Under the pieces are notes generated by a model. That model ran no database searches, was not told where the DNA came from, and saw nothing but the letters and a program-made list of their open reading frames with translations. A stretch of 64,000 nucleotides of DNA from positions 224,001 to 288,000 of the forward strand of contig CAVZVA010000003.1 of NCBI GenBank assembly GCA_963778655.1. The letters are read 5' to 3'. The translations under genes and the position numbers were made by a program. Shown piece by piece: positions 57,019 through 64,000 of the stretch (positions within the stretch are counted from its first letter, which is position 1; each line of letters begins with the position of its first letter). Origin of the DNA: an uncultured delta proteobacterium (lineage in GTDB: Bacteria; Myxococcota_A; Polyangia; Polyangiales; JAFGIB01).

Positions 57019-58017
57019 TCAGCATTCGCTGTCGAGATTCGCCATTTGCGGAGCGCCGTAGCGGCTCCCGTGGATGGCATCTTCGGGGACCAGCTCGTCG
57101 AGCGCGCTGAGGTCGGCCGGGCTGAGCGCTCTGTCGAGCGCGCCGAGGGCATCCTGGAGCTGGGCGCGGGTCTTGGCGCCAACGAGTGGGACGAGCGAGG
57201 GTTGCTTGCCGAGCACCCACGCGAACGCGAGCTGCACGGGGGAGAGGCCGCGCTCCTTCGCAAAAGCGTGGAGGCGTGCGACGACCTCTTCGTTTGCGCC
57301 GCGGTTGCCTGCGGCGAAGCGCGGAAGATGGGCGCGGAAATCGCCGGGGCCCCCGAGCTTGCTGCCGGTGAGCAGGCCGCGGGAGAGCACGCCGTACAGG
57401 GTCGCGCTGATGCCCAGCTCCTCGAGCACGGGAAAGATGGCCCGCTCGGGGCCACGGCTGACAATGGAGTACTCGATCTGCAGATCCACGATGGGGTGGA
57501 CCGCGTGGGCGCGGCGGATGGTCTCGGCGCCGACCTCCGACAAGCCGATGTAGCGGACGTAGCCCGCCTTCACCAGATCGGCGATGGCGCCGACCGTCTC
57601 CTCGATCGGCACAGCGGGATCGAGACGGGCGGGACGGTAGATGTCGATGACTTCGACACCGAGGCGCTTCAAGCTGTAGGCGGCGAAGGTCTTCACCGCG
57701 GCGGGGCGGGTGTCGATCCCGAGCCACGCCCCATCCGGCCCGCGCTGCGCCCCGAACTTGACCGAGACGAGGGCGCATTCACGCCGGCCGGCCAGGGCGC
57801 GACCGACCAGCATCTCGTTGTGCCCCATGCCGTAGAAGTCGCCGGTGTCGATCAGCGTGACCCCGGCCTCGAGGGCGGCGCCGAGCGTTGCCAGGCTCTC
57901 GCGGTCGTCGGTCGCGCCGTAGACACCGGACAAGCTCATGGCGCCGAACCCGAGGGCAGAGACCTCGGGACCGGTCGCGCCCAGCTTCGCCGTACGCTGT
58001 TTCATCTGGCTTGCCAT
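57019..58017 (-). CDS. Aldo/keto reductase
   Basis: GFGAM, IDTGDFYG, SVKFG, SLKRL..IDIY, IGLSE, QIEYS. Confidence 0.95.
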   Translation of the reverse strand: MASQMKQRTAKLGATGPEVSALGFGAMSLSGVYGATDDRESLATLGAALEAGVTLIDTGDFYGMGHNEMLVGRALAGRRECALVSVKFGAQRGPDGAWLGIDTRPAAVKTFAAYSLKRLGVEVIDIYRPARLDPAVPIEETVGAIADLVKAGYVRYIGLSEVGAETIRRAHAVHPIVDLQIEYSIVSRGPERAIFPVLEELGISATLYGVLSRGLLTGSKLGGPGDFRAHLPRFAAGNRGANEEVVARLHAFAKERGLSPVQLAFAWVLGKQPSLVPLVGAKTRAQLQDALGALDRALSPADLSALDELVPEDAIHGSRYGAPQMANLDSEC

Positions 58018-58329
58018 GGCACCGAGTGTAGCCGTGTATCGCTATCCATAGGCTCCCCCGACTGAAAACGCACATACATCTCCCGGACTCGTCACCGGTC
58101 GCGGAGCTGCCGCTCCCGCACACTTTGGCACATGAGCGCGGTCGCGATGCCCCTGGGGAGGCATCGGAATGCCTGCGCCGAGGCGCGGCCAGCAAGAATT
58201 GGGTCGTGGCATGGGGCGTGCGTGCAACCCTGTGCGGGGGCTCGAGTCGCAGGCTGTGCGATCAGCCGTTTTGCACGCTGCAGTGGCTCGCCTGGCGGCG
58301 CCGGCGTCGAGGGCGCACCAACGTCAACG

Positions 58330-58475
58330 GGAGCTCGGCAGGCTGCGCGGCAGCCGGCTTCGACGGCGACGCGCCCAACGGGCTGCTCGCACCGCTGGCG
58401 TTCGTGTTTGCGCTCTCGCTCTATCGGCGCCGTCGTCGATCATTCACCGGCGGCCTCGCACTCGGGGCGAGCTGA
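58330..58475 (+). pseudogene. Orphan MYXO-CTERM-like sorting-signal remnant
   Basis: SSAGCAAAG...LLAPLAFVFALSLYRRRRR: Cys, hydrophobic helix and Arg cluster, with no credible upstream domain. Confidence 0.5.
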
Positions 58476-58773
58476 AGGCGCCCGTTGGCGCATTGGCCTT
58501 CGGCGCATCGATCTGACGTTGAGCGGAGGCAACCACGTCCTCTGCGAATGCGCGTGACATTGCCGAGAAGCCCGACCTCGAGACACCGCCCGACTGGCAT
58601 TGATCCCGGTTGGCGATGCCGTTGAGAAGCGCCGTTCACAGCTGCGGGCGCGCCCGGGCTGCCGTCACCGAGATGCCCGCTTCGAGTGCGCTGGAGTCCT
58701 TGCGGCCCCCCTTGTACGGTGTATAGTGGCCGAGCCTCGGTAGCTCGAGGCTGGGTGGTCGGAGCCGGAGGGT

Positions 58774-59526
58774 GTGATGCGCTGGCGCGGGTGGTTGACT
58801 CTGGGTGTGGCTCTGCTGTCGGGCTGCGGCGCGACCGACAAGACGGACGCGCAGCGCTCGATCATGGCGGATGAGAGCGTCCCGGCCGCCGGAACGCAAG
58901 GCGGAGCGGGGGGCGGCGGCGCTGCGATCCCGGACGGCAAGAGCCCGGCGAGCACCCAAGCCCCGGCGGCCCCCAGCGGCCTGCCACCGGCACCGGTGAT
59001 GCAAGGCATGGCCGCGGGCAGCTTCAAGCCGAGCGCGGACCTCGATCCGAACGCGAAGTTCGATTGGCCTGAAACGGCGCCCGGCGCGGGCCAGTGCCCG
59101 CCGGGCACCTATGTCGGCATGTTCGGTTGCTCGCTCTTCGTCGATCCGAGCATGCCCCCGCCTGACGGTACGCCGCCCGACTTCTCCGGCCCGATCACGC
59201 TCGAGTTCAAGAAATCGGCCGACGGCGAGTTCCTCGAGCTGGCGAATGCCAAGCTGGACGGCTCCGCGAACGACACGCTCGGCTTCACGGCCGACCTCAA
59301 TGGCAAGCTCGATTGCAGCACGCTCGAGCTCACGGCAACCCTCTCGAATGGAGTGTACGGTTTGGGCTCGCCAATCTTGCTTCCGGGCGGCGACGTCAAC
59401 GGAACGGTTTCGGGAATGCTCGATCCCCAGACAGGCCAGCTCACCGGAACCTGGTCGCTGTATTCCAGCGCCGCCGGGACGAACTTCTCCTGCGACGGTT
59501 CGTGGCAGGCGGTGCTCACACCGTGA
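58774..59526 (+). CDS. Hypothetical lipoprotein, beta-rich domain after a Gly/Pro tether
   Basis: Lipobox LLSGC; CPPGTYVGMFGC, L.G.LDC, GTW motifs. Confidence 0.75.
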   Translation: MMRWRGWLTLGVALLSGCGATDKTDAQRSIMADESVPAAGTQGGAGGGGAAIPDGKSPASTQAPAAPSGLPPAPVMQGMAAGSFKPSADLDPNAKFDWPETAPGAGQCPPGTYVGMFGCSLFVDPSMPPPDGTPPDFSGPITLEFKKSADGEFLELANAKLDGSANDTLGFTADLNGKLDCSTLELTATLSNGVYGLGSPILLPGGDVNGTVSGMLDPQTGQLTGTWSLYSSAAGTNFSCDGSWQAVLTP

Positions 59527-59735
59527 GCATCGCCCACGCGCTTGCGGCGACATCCCCAACGCGAAAGGCGAGACGGCCGCGCAGCGCTGACTCCCGATGA
59601 CGCGACTGCCGCTGCGCGCTCGAGCGCGGGTGCGCGCCGGCGCTGCGTCGGTCGAGCTTCAGGCGGAATAGGCTTGCTACGGCGCGCGGTGCGATCGGGT
59701 TTGCGCCGGGCAGTGCGACGTGCGATGGCGTCGGC

Positions 59736-60932
59736 GTGTCGACGTCGACGGCAGTCCCCGTGCGGCGGCTAGCGCTGCCCATGTACCTGGCCACCGTGCT
59801 CGCGGGGGCGGGGAAGGGCACCATGTTCCTGCTGGTGCCCATCCGGGGGCTCGAGCTGGGTGGCCTGATGGGCGGCTTCAGCCTGCCGGGCATGTTCGCG
59901 CTCGGTGCCGTGCTCACCAGCTTGCCGGGCGCGCTGGCGGTCACGCGCCACGGGCACCGCCCGGTGCTGCTCAGCGGCTTGCTGCTCTCGGGCACGGCCG
60001 CGCTGGGCGTGGCCTACGGCGGTGCGCTGCCGTGGATGACGCTGGCCGCGTTCGCCTACGGCGTCGGCCAGGGCGTCTTCTCCTTCGCCCGTATCGCCTA
60101 CCTCAGCGACATGATCGGCGTCGAGCAGCGCGGGCGGGTGGTGTCGGCGGTGGGCGGCGCGCACCGCGTGGGCCTGTTCGTGGGACCTGCGGCCGGCGGC
60201 GCCCTGTCGGCGGCTACCGACACCTCGACCGCGATCGCGGCCGTGGCCGCATGCGCCTGGCTCGGCGCCCTGGTGATCGCGGTGTTCCTACCGCGCGGGA
60301 CGACCGTGCCGAGCGCCGCGGCGGGGCCACCCTGGTCGCGGCTGGGGCGGGTGCTGTCGGAGCATCGCCGCACGTTCGCCAGCGCGGGCTTGGCCATGCT
60401 GGCGCTGGCAATGGTGCGGGCGGGTCGCATGCTGCTGATCCCGATCTGCGGCACCATGCTGGGGCTCGACGCCGCCGACGTGGGGATCGTCAAGAGCGTG
60501 TCGATGGGCGTCGACATGGTGATGTTCCTGCCTGCGGGCATGTTGATGGACCGTTTCGGCCGCAAGTGGGCGGCGGTGCCGTGCCTTGGCCTGCTGACGG
60601 TGGGCGTGCTGATCGTGGGCACGGCGACCAGTTACGGCGGCCTGCTCTTGGGTGGCCTGATCGCCGGCTTCGGCAATGGCCTGGGCTCCGGCATCAACAT
60701 GACGCTGGCCGGGGACTTCTCGCCGCGCGAGGGACGCGCCGAGTTTCTGGGCGTGTGGGCGCTCACCAGCGATCTGGGAGGCGCGGTGGCGCCGTTCGCG
60801 ATGGGCGCCGTCGCCACCGCTTTCAGCCTGGCGGCTGCCGCGGCGCTGACCGCCGGCATCGGGGTCTGCGGGTTGGTGCTGGTGACGCGCGCCATGCGCG
60901 AGCCGCTCGAGCGTGGCCTGCGGGGTTCGTAG
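59736..60932 (+). CDS. MFS transporter
   Basis: About 12 hydrophobic helices; GMLMDRFGRK motif A. Confidence 0.92.
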   Translation: MSTSTAVPVRRLALPMYLATVLAGAGKGTMFLLVPIRGLELGGLMGGFSLPGMFALGAVLTSLPGALAVTRHGHRPVLLSGLLLSGTAALGVAYGGALPWMTLAAFAYGVGQGVFSFARIAYLSDMIGVEQRGRVVSAVGGAHRVGLFVGPAAGGALSAATDTSTAIAAVAACAWLGALVIAVFLPRGTTVPSAAAGPPWSRLGRVLSEHRRTFASAGLAMLALAMVRAGRMLLIPICGTMLGLDAADVGIVKSVSMGVDMVMFLPAGMLMDRFGRKWAAVPCLGLLTVGVLIVGTATSYGGLLLGGLIAGFGNGLGSGINMTLAGDFSPREGRAEFLGVWALTSDLGGAVAPFAMGAVATAFSLAAAAALTAGIGVCGLVLVTRAMREPLERGLRGS

Positions 60933-61041
60933 CACCCCGTGTCCGAGCGCTCCCGGTGGAACGTGGGCTCCACTCCGCAGTTGAAGCCAAGTGGGGTAGT
61001 GTCACATGCCCATGGAGGCGCGAAGTGAAACGTCCATTCAG

Positions 61042-61478
61042 GTGGTGTTCATTTGTCACCGATCTGCCGCTCGGACCGCGGTCGCGCTCGCGGTCGTGCT
61101 GGGGGCGCTCGCGTACGCGGTTGGATGCGGCTCCCACGACCACAGCAAGCCCATCGCGGCTGGCTCGAGCGATCGCGTAGATGGTGGCTCGGGGGCGGTG
61201 GGTGCCGGAGGGGCGATCGGGTTGAGCGGTACGAGCGCAGTTGTTCTGGCGGTGCGGGCGCGAGCGGTGCCGGCACGGACGCAGGACGATCCGCGGCAGG
61301 CAGTGGTGGTGAAGACGCCGGCCGCGCTGCAGCAGGTGCGGGCGGCAGCGGCACCGCCGGCGAGGATGCGGATGCGTCGTCGCCAGCTCGAGCGATCGCT
61401 CTGACGCTGGCGCGCTTCGAGTCGGACCGAGGTCGACGTACGCAACGTGGCCGACTTGCCCCGTACAAGGGGCCGTGA
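61042..61478 (+). pseudogene. Truncated, frameshifted lipoprotein remnant (signal and Gly tether only)
   Basis: ALAYAVGC lipobox; Gly/Ala linker continues in another frame after about 61240; no folded domain follows. Confidence 0.45.
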
Positions 61479-61503
61479 TTCATCGCGATTTTCGGTTGGC
61501 GCA

Positions 61504-62634
61504 TTAGGCGGGTGGCGCGGCCAGCGGTAGCGTGAAGAAGAAGCGCGATCCAATCCCGGGCTCCGACTCGACCCAGATCCGACCGCCGTGCTCTTCAACG
61601 ATCTGCTTGCAAATAGCCAGCCCCAAGCCGCTCCCCTCGTATTGCCTCTCCGGTTGCAAGCGGCAAAACCCTTCGAAGATTCGGCACTGGTGCTCGTCGG
61701 CGATCCCAATCCCATCGTCCTGCACGCAGAAGATCGCCTCGCCTTCCCCAAGCTCCGCGTTCACGCGGACGACGTTCGGCCTCTCGGGCCGACGAAACTT
61801 GACCGCGTTGCTGACCAGATTCAGGAACAGCTGATACAGGCGGTCGGGATCCCCTTTGACGCTCGGCAGATCGCCCACGCGCAGGACCGCACCGAGCTTC
61901 GCCAACTGCTGTGCTAGGTCGCCGCTGACCTGCTCGAGCAACGCCCCGCAAGGCACCGACCTGCGCGACGGGGGCCGCTGCAGGCGCGCATAAACAAGCA
62001 GGGAGCTCAGCAGCGAGTCCATGCGGTGGCTGGCGCGAATGGAGCGCTCCAAGTAATCGCGCGACCCCGGATCGAGCTGACCGCCGGCGTCCTCCGCCAG
62101 CGCCCCGAGAAAGCCTCGCATGGCTCGCAGAGGTGCCCTCAAGTCGTGTGATGCGGCGTTGGTAAAATGACGCAAAGCCGTATTTGCCAGCTCGAGCGCC
62201 GCGACGGTCTTCTTGTGCGCCGCGATCTCCTCCATCAGCCTCTTGCGACCGAGATACAGGTCGAGGAATACCTTGACCTTTGCGCGAATCAGGTAGGGGC
62301 TCACCGGTTTCAGCAGGTAGTCCACGGCGCCCGTACCGTAACCACGTAGGACGCTTTCCTCGGTGTAATACTTCGCGGTCAAAAAAATGATCGGAACGTG
62401 CTGTGTCACCGGGTTTCCCCGCGCGTGCCTCGCGACCTCGTAACCGTCCATGTGGGGCATCTGGACGTCGAGAAGCATGACCGCAAAGTCATGCTTCAGC
62501 AGGTGCTTGAGGGCCTCATTCCCTCCGCTGGCGCGCACGATTTCACAACCCATGCCCTCGAGCAGCGCCTCCAATGCAATGAGATTGGCCTCGACGTCAT
62601 CGACCAGGAGAACACTGGGTTTTGTCTCGGCCAT
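61504..62634 (-). CDS. Hybrid response regulator / sensor histidine kinase
   Basis: Receiver (LLVDD, LLDVQMP, KP); H-box [29 protein letters not shown]. Confidence 0.95.
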   Translation of the reverse strand: MAETKPSVLLVDDVEANLIALEALLEGMGCEIVRASGGNEALKHLLKHDFAVMLLDVQMPHMDGYEVARHARGNPVTQHVPIIFLTAKYYTEESVLRGYGTGAVDYLLKPVSPYLIRAKVKVFLDLYLGRKRLMEEIAAHKKTVAALELANTALRHFTNAASHDLRAPLRAMRGFLGALAEDAGGQLDPGSRDYLERSIRASHRMDSLLSSLLVYARLQRPPSRRSVPCGALLEQVSGDLAQQLAKLGAVLRVGDLPSVKGDPDRLYQLFLNLVSNAVKFRRPERPNVVRVNAELGEGEAIFCVQDDGIGIADEHQCRIFEGFCRLQPERQYEGSGLGLAICKQIVEEHGGRIWVESEPGIGSRFFFTLPLAAPPA

Positions 62635-62648
62635 CGGTCACCTGCGAT

Positions 62649-63485
62649 TCATCGCGTCGCCTCTATGTGGCGGTAGATGCGGTCCTTGACGGAAAACTCC
62701 GCAAATTCCTTAGAAGATCCGCCCCGGGGAAGGCCCTCGCTACGCCCCAGACACAGGAAGCCGCCTGCGCACAGGCTGGCAGCGAACTTGTGCAGAACCT
62801 GATCGCGCAGATCGTGCGCGAAGTAGATCAACACGTTTCGACAGAAGATGACATGCATCTCTCCGAACACGTGGTCGGAGACGAGATCGTGGTGGAAGAA
62901 CAGGATGTTGCGACGGAGTGATTCAATCATCGCAATGCGGTCGTATGCCATCGTGTAGTACCGGGAAAGAACGGACGTACCGCCCGCTTTCTCGTAGTTG
63001 TCGGAGAAGTCGGCGACCTGGTTGGCCTCGTAGACCCCTTGCTTGGCCTGCGCCACGGCTTGCAGGCTCAGGTCGGTCGCATAGATCTGGGCGCGGTCGT
63101 ACAAATCCTCCTCACAAAGCACGATCGCACTCGCGTAAGCCTCCTCACCCGCGGCGCAGCCCGCGTGCCAGATGCGGATCAACGGATACGTGCGCAAGAC
63201 GGGCACGACCTCCGTACGGAAGGTGCGATAGAGCTCGGGGTCGCGAAACATCTCGCTCACATGAATCGTCAAGTCGTGTAGCACTTCGGTGAAGAACGCG
63301 GAGTCATGCACGACGCGATGCTGGAGCTCGCCCAGATGGCCAAGGCCGGACTTCGCAAGCACTGCGATGACCCTTCTCCGCATCGAGGTGGCCGCATAGC
63401 CACGAAGGTCGTAGCCGTAGCGGGCGTAAATCGCCTCGAGGAACAGCCGCAGCTCGATCTCCTCAACTTCGTCCGCGGACGTCAC
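62649..63485 (-). CDS. cheR: CheR-type protein-glutamate O-methyltransferase
   Basis: YGYDLRGY, SEMFRDP, IWHAGCAAGEE.Y, IYATD, IFCRNVLIYF; GTG start overlaps the upstream TGA. Confidence 0.92.
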   Translation of the reverse strand: MTSADEVEEIELRLFLEAIYARYGYDLRGYAATSMRRRVIAVLAKSGLGHLGELQHRVVHDSAFFTEVLHDLTIHVSEMFRDPELYRTFRTEVVPVLRTYPLIRIWHAGCAAGEEAYASAIVLCEEDLYDRAQIYATDLSLQAVAQAKQGVYEANQVADFSDNYEKAGGTSVLSRYYTMAYDRIAMIESLRRNILFFHHDLVSDHVFGEMHVIFCRNVLIYFAHDLRDQVLHKFAASLCAGGFLCLGRSEGLPRGGSSKEFAEFSVKDRIYRHIEATR

Positions 63486-64000
63486 CGGGTCGATCCTCCG
63501 GTCAGGACGGAACTTAGCATTGCGAGCAGCCGGTCGCCGTCGATAGGCTTGGGCATGTAGTCCGTGGCGCCGGCCTCCAAACACTTGTCGCGATCGCCCT
63601 TCATGGCCTTCGCGGTCAGCGCGATCACCGGTAACTTCTCCAGCCTGGCGTTCTGCCGGATTCGCCGCATCGCCTCGTAGCCGTCCATTTCAGGCATCAT
63701 GATGTCCATCAACACGGCATCCACGTCGGACTGCTTGGCGAGCGCGTCGAGCGCGACACGGCCGGTATCCGCCACCAGGACTTCCGCGCCCTTGGCCCGC
63801 AGCAGAGCGGACAGAGCGTAGACCGTGCGCATGTCGTCATCGACGACGAGGATCGTTCTGCCCGCCAACTTCACTCCGGCGATCGGAATCTGGACCGCGA
63901 CGCTCCCCTTGACATGCACGCCATCCTTGAGGCGCCGAGCGAAGAGCCGCAGCTCGTCCACCAAGCGGGCGGACTCTGGACCGTCCTTGAGCACGACTGC
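63482..64000 (-). CDS. C-terminal receiver domain of a probable large hybrid kinase (5' part outside the window)
   Basis: ILVVDDD.R, LMDIMMPEMDGY, ALTAKAM.GDR.KC..AGA.DY..KP; frame is open to the window edge. Confidence 0.9.
   Translation of the reverse strand, partial: AVVLKDGPESARLVDELRLFARRLKDGVHVKGSVAVQIPIAGVKLAGRTILVVDDDMRTVYALSALLRAKGAEVLVADTGRVALDALAKQSDVDAVLMDIMMPEMDGYEAMRRIRQNARLEKLPVIALTAKAMKGDRDKCLEAGATDYMPKPIDGDRLLAMLSSVLTGGSTR

Noticed and set aside
58207..58221. sigma54-like TGGCAT-N5-GTGC
   Set aside because: Imperfect -12 box and no intact gene directly downstream

Overview
High-GC bacterial DNA with the hallmarks of a myxobacterium (Polyangiales/Sorangiineae-like, by inference): Ser/Thr kinases, an FHA protein, many lipoproteins with Gly-rich tethers, an ECF/FecR/RCC1 operon, a DUF1588/DUF1585-like plus DUF1501-like pair and an orphan MYXO-CTERM. 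About 45 CDS are present, including glnD, a GH9 cellulase, an ABC exporter, a serpin, Anbu and a CheR/hybrid-kinase cluster. I saw no rRNA, tRNA, CRISPR array or transposase. Most notable: (1) an unannotated 45-codon leader ORF with antiterminator/terminator hairpins upstream of an atypical HIT gene, a candidate ribosome-dependent attenuator; (2) a giant SLC12/CCC-like transporter fused to a degenerate P-loop/wHTH module, split by one in-frame TAG and coupled to an MscS gene; (3) a GH9, CBM11-like lipoprotein and LamB-like porin locus, a candidate TonB-independent cellodextrin uptake system; (4) several 160-290 bp intergenic palindromic MITE-like elements, including a 91-bp dispersed repeat and a nested pair. 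Several single-base frameshifts suggest consensus errors or gene decay. All family assignments come from motif recognition by eye, not database searches.
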